The notes under the pieces: model-generated
Database searches by the model: none
The model's input: the letters and a program-made list of their open reading frames with translations, nothing else
Told to the model about the DNA's origin: nothing
Shown here: positions 1 through 9,022 of the stretch, one piece after another
How positions within the stretch are numbered: the first letter of the stretch is position 1
Layout of the letters: each line of letters starts with the position of its first letter
Position numbers and translations under genes: made by a program
Assembly: GCF_020037015.1 (NCBI RefSeq)
Contig: NZ_JAIQDE010000007.1
Span: forward strand, 243,886-307,885
DNA length: 64,000 nucleotides
Reading direction: 5' to 3'
Source of the DNA: Corallococcus sp. AS-1-6
GTDB taxonomy: Bacteria > Myxococcota > Myxococcia > Myxococcales > Myxococcaceae

Positions 1-1
1 G

Positions 2-166
2 CCGCCGGGCCCCATTGGCGCGCCCACGGTGGACTCGCTGCTCGCCGCGCTGCGGCCGGTGAAGAGCGACTACTGGTACTACCTGCACGACGCGCAGAAG
101 GTCCTGCACCCGTCGCGCAACGCGCAGGAGCACGAGGCGCTCCGCGCCAAGTACAACGTGTACTGA
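2..166 (+). CDS. 3' fragment of an upstream gene, function unknown (partial at window edge)
   Basis: The frame is open from the window start to TGA at 164-166 and ends ...QEHEALRAKYNVY*. Codon third positions are GC-rich like the neighbouring genes. There is too little sequence to assign a family. Confidence 0.4.
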   Translation, partial: PPGPIGAPTVDSLLAALRPVKSDYWYYLHDAQKVLHPSRNAQEHEALRAKYNVY

Positions 167-175
167 GGCGCCACC

Positions 176-1870
176 ATGACGTCCCCCCTCCTGGACCCGA
201 GCCGCGTCTCCACGCCCCCCGCCGGCGCGGAGGCCGGCTTGCGAGAGGAGGTGGCCTTCCTGCGTCAGGAGACCGAGCGGCTGCGCCGGCTGCTGGAGAC
301 CGCGGCGCAGGTCACCTGGTCGACGGACCCCGCCAGGGAGGCGCTGACGCCCGTCTCCGCCTCGTGGACGGCCTTCACCGGCCAGACGCCGGAGCAGATG
401 CGCGACCAGGGGTGGCTCCTCGCCCTGCACCCGGATGACCGGGCCGGGGCGCTGGCGGCGTGGGAGCGGGCCAGGGCGGGGCCGTCGCTCTTCTCCACGC
501 GCTACCGGCTGCGGCGCGCGGATGGCGCGTACGTGTGGATGCTCGTCCGGGCCACGCCCATACCGGGGCCGGATGGCGCCGTGAGTGAATGGGTGGGCAC
601 CTGCGTCGACATCCAGGCGCAGGTCCTGGGCGAGCAGCGCTCCGCGTTCCTCGCGCGGGCCAGCGAGCTGTTCGCGTCGTCGCTGGAGGCCTCCGCCACG
701 CTGGCGTCGCTGGCGAACCTGTCGGTGTCGGCGCTCGCGGACTGGTGCATCGTGGACGTGCTGCACCCGGACGGCCACTTCGAGCGCGCCCAGGTGGTGA
801 CGGCGGACCCCTCCCAGGCGCAGCTCGCGGCCGCCGTGCAGCGGCTGGCGCCGGTGCCCCAGGAGCCGCCCGTCTATCCTCCCGCGGTGGCGCTGGCGAC
901 GGGCCAGTCCACCCTGGTGCCGGAGGTCACGGAGGCGGTGATGCGCTCCGTGGCGCAGGACGCGGACCACCTGGAGACGATGCGCCGGGTGGGCATCCGC
1001 TCGCTGCTCACCGTGCCGCTCCTGGCCCGCGGCCACATCCTGGGCGCGCTGTCCTTCCTGGTCACCACCTCCAGCCGCCGGTATGGCGACGAGGATCTGC
1101 GCTTCGCCCAGGAGCTGGCGAACGTGGCCGCGCTCGCGGTGGACAACGCGCGGCTGCTCCAGGGCGCGCGCGAGGCCATCCGCCTGCGCGACGAGTTCCT
1201 CTCCATCGCGAGCCACGAGCTGAAGACGCCGCTCACGCCGCTGAGCCTGAAGCTCCAGGCGCTGTCGCGCGCGGTGAAGTCGCATCCGGACTCGCCGCTG
1301 GCCCCGGTCATCCAGGCCCACGTGGAGACGGGACACCGCCAGGTCCGCCGGCTCACGGAGCTGATGAACGACCTGCTGGACGTGTCCCGCATCAGCGCCG
1401 GCACCTTCCGTTTGCAGCGCGAGGACGTGGACGTCGCGGAGGTGGTGCGCGAGGTGGCCGCGAGCTTCGCGCCCCGGTTCGCCCTGGAGCACTGCGACTT
1501 CCAGGTGGAGGCCCCGGAGTCGGTGCGCGGCAGCTTCGACCGGGCGCGGCTGGCGCAGGTGTTGGATCACCTGCTGGACAACGCCCTCAAGTACGGCGCC
1601 GGGACGCCGGTGTCCGTGCGGCTGGTGGCGGACGGGCCCGTGGCGCGGCTCACGGTGCGGGACGGGGGCATCGGCGTCCCGCCGGAGCAGCGGCCCCGCC
1701 TCTTCGAGCGCTACGGCCGCGCGGTGTCCGAGCGCCACTATGGCGGCCTGGGACTGGGGCTCTACCTCACCCGCACCATCGTGGAGGCCGAGGGCGGGTG
1801 CGTGTCCCTGGAGAGCCGCCTGGGCGAGGGCGCGGCGTTCACGGTGGAGCTGCCGCTCACGCGGTCCTGA
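176..1870 (+). CDS. sensor histidine kinase with PAS and GAF-like sensory domains
   Basis: The H-box is HELKTPLTPLS. The ATP-lid motifs are DNALKYG and GGLGLGLYLTRTIVEAEGG. An N-terminal PAS-like region (WSTDPAREALTPVSASW...RYRLRRADGAYVWM) and a GAF-like core are present. The 564-aa ORF has an ATG start. Confidence 0.9.
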   Translation: MTSPLLDPSRVSTPPAGAEAGLREEVAFLRQETERLRRLLETAAQVTWSTDPAREALTPVSASWTAFTGQTPEQMRDQGWLLALHPDDRAGALAAWERARAGPSLFSTRYRLRRADGAYVWMLVRATPIPGPDGAVSEWVGTCVDIQAQVLGEQRSAFLARASELFASSLEASATLASLANLSVSALADWCIVDVLHPDGHFERAQVVTADPSQAQLAAAVQRLAPVPQEPPVYPPAVALATGQSTLVPEVTEAVMRSVAQDADHLETMRRVGIRSLLTVPLLARGHILGALSFLVTTSSRRYGDEDLRFAQELANVAALAVDNARLLQGAREAIRLRDEFLSIASHELKTPLTPLSLKLQALSRAVKSHPDSPLAPVIQAHVETGHRQVRRLTELMNDLLDVSRISAGTFRLQREDVDVAEVVREVAASFAPRFALEHCDFQVEAPESVRGSFDRARLAQVLDHLLDNALKYGAGTPVSVRLVADGPVARLTVRDGGIGVPPEQRPRLFERYGRAVSERHYGGLGLGLYLTRTIVEAEGGCVSLESRLGEGAAFTVELPLTRS

Positions 1871-1874
1871 GCCG

Positions 1875-2840
1875 CTACGGCGCGCTCGTGCCGGGCGGCT
1901 CGGGCGACGTCTGGAACATGCCCGCGAGGATGCGCTCGGCCGCGTCCGCGAGCAGGTCCCGGGCCATGCGCGTCTCCTCGCCGAAGATGCCGCGCGACGT
2001 GTTCGCGTCCAGCACGTGCGTGGCCAGCAGCGCGAACGCGGAGGGCTCGTCGAACGTCGCCTCCGACGACAGCACGCGCTTGCCGGGCTGTTGATCCTCT
2101 TCGTGGAAGCGCCCCTCCCACGTGTCGCCCAGGGTGATGGAGAAGTACTGCGCCGCCACGTTGCCGGGCCGCGACATGTGCGACGCGGCCACCACGGCGC
2201 GCAACTGGCCGCGCTCGTCCCCGGTCATCTCGCGTTTCCACGCCTCGACCGAGGCGTGCATGGTGTCGATCTGATCCCTCGCCGCGTCCTCGGCGTTCTT
2301 CAGGAGGTCCGGCACCCGGGCGTGGATGAACTCGGAGAGCTCCGCCTGCGTCACCCGGTCCGCCGCCAGCACGCCGTCCACGAGCGCGAGCGACGCGTCG
2401 AGCAGGCGCTGCTGCCGCGCCAGCGCCTCGGCCGGAAGCCCCCGGCCCTCCAGGCTCGCGCGGGAGGCGGTGATGAGGCCGCGCAGGGTGAGGAGCCGCG
2501 TGCGCGTGTCGTCATCGAGCGCGCCCTTGCCGGCGAGCAGGACGTGGAGCGCGAGCGGCACGTGGGTGACGGCCTTGTACACGTGGTAGCGGCGCGTGCG
2601 CGCGGGCGCCTCGAAGCGCTGGCCGCCCTTGCGAAGGATGAGCACGTCGTCGATCTGCGCGATGACGGGCCCCATGCGGGACAGCACGGCGTCACGGCGC
2701 GCGGCGTACGCGTCGCGGAACGCCTGGTTGAGCACGGAGATCGGATCCGCGGGCTCGAGCGCCACGCTTCGCGCGACCTCGGACGGCGGCTCGGGAGGAG
2801 GGGAAGGGGAGGCGGGACCAGCCACGGGGCACTCGGCCAT
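1875..2840 (-). CDS. hypothetical protein
   Basis: The minus-strand ORF has coding-like composition and lies convergent with the kinase, 4 bp away. I chose the start at MAECPVAG. The ORF track extends it to 2909 (MQESGH...), which is less likely. No recognisable catalytic motif. Confidence 0.55.
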   Translation of the reverse strand: MAECPVAGPASPSPPPEPPSEVARSVALEPADPISVLNQAFRDAYAARRDAVLSRMGPVIAQIDDVLILRKGGQRFEAPARTRRYHVYKAVTHVPLALHVLLAGKGALDDDTRTRLLTLRGLITASRASLEGRGLPAEALARQQRLLDASLALVDGVLAADRVTQAELSEFIHARVPDLLKNAEDAARDQIDTMHASVEAWKREMTGDERGQLRAVVAASHMSRPGNVAAQYFSITLGDTWEGRFHEEDQQPGKRVLSSEATFDEPSAFALLATHVLDANTSRGIFGEETRMARDLLADAAERILAGMFQTSPEPPGTSAP

Positions 2841-2989
2841 GGCGCGCACCGTAGCGTCCCGCGCGCGCCCGTCATCCCCGGCCTCGCGCCGGTGTCCGGA
2901 TTCCTGCAACCCGGACGCGAAAGGCCGGCCCCGCGGCGAAGCGGAGGCCGGCCTTCCTTCACGGCTCAGCGGTGACGGCGGTCAGGTGC

Positions 2990-5341
2990 TCAGTCGACCG
3001 GACGCACCTGGACCTGCATCACGGTGTCGCTCTTGTTCACCGACAGCACCTCGATGATGGTGCCCGTCTTCGGGACCTTCACGCCGGCGTACGGCTGCGT
3101 GGCGTACCAGAAGGTGTTGGTGTCGTTGAACACCGGCACCGCGGGCTGCGAGGGGTACTCGCTGCGCGGGAAGCCGTTGGGCTTGAGCGACAGCGGGAAG
3201 CTGGGGTCCAGGCCGAACGTCGCGTCGTGCGTCTGCACGCGGCCGGACCAGTAGCGGCCGTCGCTGCGCTGCAGGGGCTGCGGGCGCGAGTCGATGGGCA
3301 GGATGCGGCCCTCGCCCGGGTGCTGCGACACGTTGTTGTTCGACTGGGAGGTGTCCCAGTAGGTGACGAGCAGGCCGGGGTTGTACGAGTAGCGCTCCGC
3401 CCAGTCATACAGACCGTCCGCGCTGAAGCCGAAGTTGTACGGGCCCGTGGCCAGCCCCTCGTCGTAGCCGCGGAACTGGCGCCACTCGGCGATGTAGTAG
3501 TTGTCGTAGAGGGTGTGGGTGCCGTCCGTCACGAAGAACGTCGACTTGTCCCACCACTTGTGGCCCCACTCACCGTCGTCGCCAAAGACGTAGGTGTTCT
3601 TCGCCCACAACTGCACGGCGTCCACCAGGAAGCCGGCCTGGAAGTAGGCCGCGTCCGTCTTGTAGCGGATGCGCAGCGTGACCTTCTTGCCCGCGTACGA
3701 GGACAGGTCGAACGACAGCGGCACCCAGCCCGTGGACGTGCCGGTGATGCCGTTGCCCAGGTTGTTGCCGTACGGGTTGCTGGTGCGGCTCACCGGGCTG
3801 GGCAGGTTGACGAACGAGCCCCCCTCCTCGGCGATGGAGACGTAGGCGTAGTCCCAGTCCTCCTCGATGTCGAACCACGTCTGGAAGGAGAAGGTGATGG
3901 GCGTCTTGCTCGGCAGCTTCACCGTCTTCTCCAGCACGCGGTCCAGGTTGTTGCCCTGGCCGCCCTGCCACATGCCCTGGCCCTCGAAGGGGGCGGTGGT
4001 GGGCTGCAGCACGGGCTTGCCGGGCAGCTTCACCACGAGCGCCTGCTTCGCGTTCTGCGAGGTGACCTCCGCGGGGCCCAGCCGGTGGTACGAGTACAGG
4101 CCCGCGTCCGTGGTGGCGTAGTCCAGCCAGCCCAACTGCAGCTTGTCCCAGGCGAAGAAGTCACCCGGACGGCTGCCGATGTCCGTGGTGCCGTCGTTCA
4201 GGTACGAGCCGGAGGACATGATGGTCCAGAAGCCCGTCCCGTTGTCCGCCGCGTTCGTCGTGTCGTAGTGGTCCGGCAGGCCCAGGTCGTGGCCGTACTC
4301 GTGCGCGAACACGCCCAGTCCGCCGTTCTCCGGCTGGATGGTGTAGTCGCCCACCCACTTGTCCACGCCTGTCCCGAAGCGCGCGCCGCCGTTCTGGTTG
4401 TACGCGGGACCCGCGCCATCCGGGCCCAGGCCCGTGCTGTACGCGTACCAGCGGTGGCTCCACACCGCGTTCGGACCCTGCGCGCCGCCGCCGACCTCCT
4501 CACCCATGCCGGCGTGGACGATCTGGAAGTGGTCGATGTAGCCGTCCGGCTCGTCGAAGTTGCCGTCGCCGTCGTAGTCGTACCGGTCCCACGTGTCGAA
4601 CGTGTCCAGGTACGCCTTGATCTCCGCGGGCGTCTTGCCGGCGGCCTGCTGCGCGTGGGTCCACGCCTTGATGGCGTCGCTGATGAGCGGCCACACGGAG
4701 TTGGAGCAACTGGAGCTGCCGCACAGGTTGTTGCCGTAGCGCGCGGCGTTGTAGGGCACCTTCACCCACTCGGACACCGCGCCGGACACGGCGTAGCGGC
4801 CGGAGGACGCGGCCTTGTAGAAGTTCGCCACCGAGTCCGCGCCCGGAGTGGTGTCGAAGTAGAGCTTCTCGAAGTGCTCGCGGTTGTAGTCCGGCTGCCA
4901 GATGGTGGTGTTGTCCACCGAGCGGTCCGGGGCCGGAATCTCGTTGTGCAGCGGGCCGGGGATGTCGCCGCCCGGGTTGGTGGTCGGGTTGCCGAACACC
5001 GGGTGGATCTGCGTGCCGTACTCCACCAGGATGACGAAGATGCGGTCCGTGCGCTGCAGCTCCAGCTCCACGAACTTGCCGTTGGCCAGCTTCTGCACGC
5101 GGCCGGGCTGACCGCGACCCTCCAGGCGCTGCTGCAGCGCCTGCGCCTTCAGCTCCTTCTGCTGCTCCCCCAGACGGTGGGGCAGGTCATCCGTGATGTC
5201 CTGGACCACGGACTTGCGCAGCGACGCCGACGGCGGGGCGATGTCCGGTTGCGGCTTCTCGTACCACGCGCGCTCCGCGTACGCGGACGGCGCCGCGAGC
5301 GCGAGCAGGCCCACGGCCAGCCAAGACGGGTTTTTCCGCAT
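2990..5341 (-). CDS. secreted M6-family (immune inhibitor A-like) zinc metalloprotease
   Basis: The zinc-binding motif is HEYGHDLGLPDHYD. The signal peptide is MRKNPSWLAVGLLALAAPSAYA. AAGGAG sits 5 nt upstream of the ATG at 5341. The GTG at 5347 in the ORF track would leave no RBS spacing. The protein is about 780 aa with M6-like length and architecture. Confidence 0.9.
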   Translation of the reverse strand: MRKNPSWLAVGLLALAAPSAYAERAWYEKPQPDIAPPSASLRKSVVQDITDDLPHRLGEQQKELKAQALQQRLEGRGQPGRVQKLANGKFVELELQRTDRIFVILVEYGTQIHPVFGNPTTNPGGDIPGPLHNEIPAPDRSVDNTTIWQPDYNREHFEKLYFDTTPGADSVANFYKAASSGRYAVSGAVSEWVKVPYNAARYGNNLCGSSSCSNSVWPLISDAIKAWTHAQQAAGKTPAEIKAYLDTFDTWDRYDYDGDGNFDEPDGYIDHFQIVHAGMGEEVGGGAQGPNAVWSHRWYAYSTGLGPDGAGPAYNQNGGARFGTGVDKWVGDYTIQPENGGLGVFAHEYGHDLGLPDHYDTTNAADNGTGFWTIMSSGSYLNDGTTDIGSRPGDFFAWDKLQLGWLDYATTDAGLYSYHRLGPAEVTSQNAKQALVVKLPGKPVLQPTTAPFEGQGMWQGGQGNNLDRVLEKTVKLPSKTPITFSFQTWFDIEEDWDYAYVSIAEEGGSFVNLPSPVSRTSNPYGNNLGNGITGTSTGWVPLSFDLSSYAGKKVTLRIRYKTDAAYFQAGFLVDAVQLWAKNTYVFGDDGEWGHKWWDKSTFFVTDGTHTLYDNYYIAEWRQFRGYDEGLATGPYNFGFSADGLYDWAERYSYNPGLLVTYWDTSQSNNNVSQHPGEGRILPIDSRPQPLQRSDGRYWSGRVQTHDATFGLDPSFPLSLKPNGFPRSEYPSQPAVPVFNDTNTFWYATQPYAGVKVPKTGTIIEVLSVNKSDTVMQVQVRPVD

Positions 5342-5542
5342 TGCCACTCCTTAGGGTCAGGTCAGACATCCCGGCGGGGTCCGGGATTGCCCACTTTTTA
5401 GTGGAAGGCTCGTCCCCTTGGGAAGACCGGGTAGTTGAATTTTTACTGCAAGGACGGAGTGAGTCATCCGTCCGCTGGCGGTCGGAAATCCGAGAATGGG
5501 TAGGGGCGGTGGGGGGCCAAAGGACTACGGTTCCGGTCCGTG

Positions 5543-8212
5543 ATGGCGCGTACACGTCCCGTGGATCCCCCGCTGCGGCGGGATGTCCGGCTCTTGGGCC
5601 GGCTGTTGGGTGAGGTGTTGGTGGAACAGGAGGGGCAGGCCCTGTTCGACAAGGAGGAGGAGGTCCGCCACCTGGCCATCCAGCGCCGGCGGGGGCCGGT
5701 GGCCGGACGACGCGCCGCGGCGGCGGAGCTGGCGGCGGTGTTGCGGCGGCTGCCGTCGGAGCAGGTGGAGCCGGTGCTGCGCGCCTTCTCCGTCTACTTC
5801 CAGTTGGTGAACCTGGCCGAGCAGCACCACCGCATCCGCCGCGCGCGGGCCCACGCGAGCCCCACCTCCGCCCGGCCCCAGAAGGGGTCGCTGGAGGCGA
5901 CGCTGCTGACGCTGAAGGCCGCGGGCGTCAGCGCCGACAAGGTGCGTGAGACGCTGGGGACGCTGAAGGTGACGCTGACGTTCACCGCGCACCCGACCCA
6001 GGCGGTGCGCCGCACGCTGCTGGAGAAGCTCTACCGGCTGGCGCAGTTGTTGGAAGAGCGCGACCGCTGCGCGCTCACCCCGCGCGAGTCCGCCGCGAAC
6101 CTCACGGCCATGCGCGAGGAGATCACCGCGCTGTGGCAGACGGACGAGCTGCGCCGCGAGCGCCCCACGGTGGGCGACGAGGTGAAGAACGTCCACTGGT
6201 ACGTGGAGGAGATGCTGTCGGAGCCGGTGGCCCGGCTGCCGGAGGCGCTGGACTGGGCCTTCGAGCGCGCCTACGGCGAGCCCCTGGGCGCGCTGGACAC
6301 GCCCGTGCGCGTGCATTCGTGGGTGGGCGGCGACATGGACGGCAACCCGCTGGTGACCCCGGAGGTGTTCGCGGACACGCTGCGCGCGCACCGCGCCCGG
6401 GGGCTGCGGCTGCTGTTGCGCGACGTGGAGCGGCTGGGCGGGATGCTGTCGCAGTCGGAGCGGCACGCGCGCCCCACGCAGGAGCTGGAGCGCTCGCTGG
6501 ACGAGGACGCGAAGGCGCTGCCGGAGGTGGCCAGGCAGCAGGGGCCGCGCACGCTGGGTGAGCCGTGGCGCCGCAAGCTGCGCTTCATGGAGGAGCGGCT
6601 GACGCTGGCGCTGGAGCACGTGCTGGCGCGGCGCGAGGGGAGGGAGTCCACGCTGCCGGCCGGGGCGTACCGTTCACCGGAGGCGCTGGGGGATGACCTG
6701 GCGGTGCTGGAGCGGTCGCTCTTCGCGGCGAGAGCGGAGCACGCGGGCCTGCGCGAGGTGCGCCGCATGTCCGAGCGCGTCCGCGCGCTGGGCCTGGGCC
6801 TGGGCGAGCTGGAGGTGCGGGCCCCCGCGGAGGACGCGGTGAGCGCGGCGGCGTCCTTCCACGGCGGACCGGCCCCCACCGAAGGCGGCAAGCGGCTTCT
6901 GGAGGTGCTGGCGAAGCTGCGCGAGGGCCAGGACGAGGGCGGCGAGTCCGTCTGCCGCACGCTCATCCTCTCCATGGCCTCCACCGCGGACGACGTGCTG
7001 GCGGCCTTCCAGTGCCTGAAGCACGCGGGGCTCTGGGACAAGGCGCGGCAGTGCGCCACCGTGGACGTGGCGCCCCTCTTCGAGCAGTTGGGCGCGCTGG
7101 ACGGCGGGCCGGACGTGCTGCGCCAGCTCTTCGCGCACCCGGAGTACCGCCAGCACCTGAAGGGCCGCGGGGTGCAGGAGGTGATGGTGGGCTACAGCGA
7201 CTCCGGCAAGGAGGTGGGACTGCTCGCCGCGAGCGCCGCGCTGTACCGCGCCCAGGTGGCGCTCACCCAGGTGGCGGATGAGCACGACGTGCCCCTGCGC
7301 CTGTTCCACGGCCGAGGGGAGACGGTGGCGCGCGGCGGCGGCCCCGCCCAGACGGCCATCCTCGCGCTGCCGCCGGGCACGGTGGCCGGCGCCTACAAGG
7401 CCACCGAACAGGGCGAGGCGATGGACCACAAGTACGCGCGCCCGGAGCTCACCCAGCGCACGCTGGAGCTGGTGGTGGGCGGCGTGCTGCTGCACACGCT
7501 GGACGCGCAGCCGCGCCCGTCGCCGGAGGACGAGTCCGCCTTCCGCGCCGCCTTCGACGCGCTGGCGGAGTCCGGCCGCAAGGCGTACCGCGCGCTCGTC
7601 TGGGAGGACCCGCGCTTCGTGGAGTTCTTCATGAAGGGCACGCCGGTGGATGAAATCTCCGCGCTGCCCATCGGCTCGCGCCCCAGCAAGCGCAAGGCGG
7701 GCGGGCTGGACACGCTGCGCGCCATCCCCTGGAGCTTCGCGTGGACGCAGACGCGCGCCATCCTCCCGGCCTGGTACGGCGTGGGCAGCGCGCTGGAGGA
7801 GTCCGCGGCCACGCCGGAGGGCGCGGCGCTCCTGCAGCGCATGTACAAGGAGTGGCCCTTCTTCCGCGCGGTCATCGACAACGTGACCATGGTGCTGGCC
7901 AAGACGGACATGGCCATCGCGGCGCGGTACGCGAAGCTGGCCCCCGCGGCCACGCGGCCCCTGTGGCTGCGCATCCAGCAGGAGCACTCGCGCACGCGCC
8001 GCGCGGTGAAGTCGCTCACGGGCGAGGCGAAGCTTCTGGACAACAACCCGCAGCTCCAGCGGAGCATCGCGCTGCGCAACCCCTACGTGGACCCCATGTC
8101 CTTCCTCCAGGTGGAGCTGCTCAAGCGCAAGCGGGACGGGGACGCGGAGTGCGACCGGCCGCTCCTCCTGGCGCTCAACGGCATCGCTGCGGGCATGCGG
8201 AACACCGGTTAG
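5543..8212 (+). CDS. ppc: phosphoenolpyruvate carboxylase
   Basis: Hallmark PEPC motifs are VGYSDSGKEVG, FHGRGETVARGGGP and LRNPYVDPMSFLQVELLKR. The C-terminus is ...MRNTG. Length is about 890 aa. The start is the ATG at 5543, one codon after the GTG at 5540. Confidence 0.95.
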   Translation: MARTRPVDPPLRRDVRLLGRLLGEVLVEQEGQALFDKEEEVRHLAIQRRRGPVAGRRAAAAELAAVLRRLPSEQVEPVLRAFSVYFQLVNLAEQHHRIRRARAHASPTSARPQKGSLEATLLTLKAAGVSADKVRETLGTLKVTLTFTAHPTQAVRRTLLEKLYRLAQLLEERDRCALTPRESAANLTAMREEITALWQTDELRRERPTVGDEVKNVHWYVEEMLSEPVARLPEALDWAFERAYGEPLGALDTPVRVHSWVGGDMDGNPLVTPEVFADTLRAHRARGLRLLLRDVERLGGMLSQSERHARPTQELERSLDEDAKALPEVARQQGPRTLGEPWRRKLRFMEERLTLALEHVLARREGRESTLPAGAYRSPEALGDDLAVLERSLFAARAEHAGLREVRRMSERVRALGLGLGELEVRAPAEDAVSAAASFHGGPAPTEGGKRLLEVLAKLREGQDEGGESVCRTLILSMASTADDVLAAFQCLKHAGLWDKARQCATVDVAPLFEQLGALDGGPDVLRQLFAHPEYRQHLKGRGVQEVMVGYSDSGKEVGLLAASAALYRAQVALTQVADEHDVPLRLFHGRGETVARGGGPAQTAILALPPGTVAGAYKATEQGEAMDHKYARPELTQRTLELVVGGVLLHTLDAQPRPSPEDESAFRAAFDALAESGRKAYRALVWEDPRFVEFFMKGTPVDEISALPIGSRPSKRKAGGLDTLRAIPWSFAWTQTRAILPAWYGVGSALEESAATPEGAALLQRMYKEWPFFRAVIDNVTMVLAKTDMAIAARYAKLAPAATRPLWLRIQQEHSRTRRAVKSLTGEAKLLDNNPQLQRSIALRNPYVDPMSFLQVELLKRKRDGDAECDRPLLLALNGIAAGMRNTG

Positions 8213-8222
8213 AGAAGAGACC

Positions 8223-8945
8223 ATGGCCCAGGAGACGTTCGTCGTGGAGGAGATCAACCCCAAGCACGGCTTCGCGCGCGTGCGCCCGGAAGAGGGCACG
8301 GGGTTGTTGCACACCGCCCTCTATCCGGATCCGGAGTTCACCCAGGCGCCGCCCTTCCAGCTCCGCAAGGGGGACCGGGTGACGGGCCTTCGCCGGGGCC
8401 AGACTGTGTCGGAGGTGGCCTGGCTCGAGCGCGTGGAGCCGCCCTGGGAAGAGGTGGAGCGCGTGGCGGAGCTGCTCGCGCTCCTGGAGCGCTGGGAGAT
8501 CCGCGTCCCCCACGAGGCCCGCGTCCTGGCCGAGCACGCCTGGCGCGACAGCAAGGACAACCCGCTGCGCGACGAGCTCCAGGCGCAGTTGCCCACCTTC
8601 TTCGACCTGGAGGGCGCCCACCCCTTCGAGGACCCCACGCTGCTGGAGCGCCTGTCCGCCGCCATGCAGCCGTACCTGCCGGGGTTCGCCCTCCAGCCGG
8701 TGCAGGGCCAGCCCGCGGTGCGCGTGGAGCCCGGCGCCGTGGAGGTCCAGGCGGGCGTGGGGAGCTGGGACGTGCCCCAGCCCACCTTCGCCCCGATGAT
8801 CGCGGAGGTGAACGCGAGGCTCGCCGCCGCCGGAGCCCCCGTGCGATGGGTGCCCACGCGCGAGGACTGGATGCTCGCGCCGCCCGCGCTGGCCGCGCTC
8901 CTCCAGAAGCACGGCCTGCTCGAAGCCGCCGCGCCCTCCGCCTGA
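8223..8945 (+). CDS. hypothetical protein
   Basis: This 240-aa ORF lies 10 bp after ppc with coding-like composition. No recognisable motif. Confidence 0.55.
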   Translation: MAQETFVVEEINPKHGFARVRPEEGTGLLHTALYPDPEFTQAPPFQLRKGDRVTGLRRGQTVSEVAWLERVEPPWEEVERVAELLALLERWEIRVPHEARVLAEHAWRDSKDNPLRDELQAQLPTFFDLEGAHPFEDPTLLERLSAAMQPYLPGFALQPVQGQPAVRVEPGAVEVQAGVGSWDVPQPTFAPMIAEVNARLAAAGAPVRWVPTREDWMLAPPALAALLQKHGLLEAAAPSA

Positions 8946-9022
8946 GGGAAGGGGCCTCCGCCGCGCTGTGTCACAAGGCGGTGTGAGGTCAAAGCATTGT
9001 CTGGTACAGGACGGAGACCCGC

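Noticed and set aside
589-2094. 501-aa ORF in the +2 frame overlapping the histidine kinase gene
   Set aside because: Its Arg/Gly/Pro/Ala-rich product is typical of alternate frames in 70% GC DNA. It overlaps a gene with clear catalytic motifs. There is no start context.
2972-5401. 809-aa plus-strand ORF antisense to the M6 metalloprotease
   Set aside because: It is antisense to a protein with a HEXXH motif and signal peptide. The product is low-complexity Val/Arg/Gly-rich, a GC-frame artefact.
5525-8314. 364-aa and 546-aa minus-strand ORFs antisense to ppc
   Set aside because: ppc carries unmistakable PEPC motifs. The antisense products are Arg/Leu/Gln-rich low-complexity sequence.
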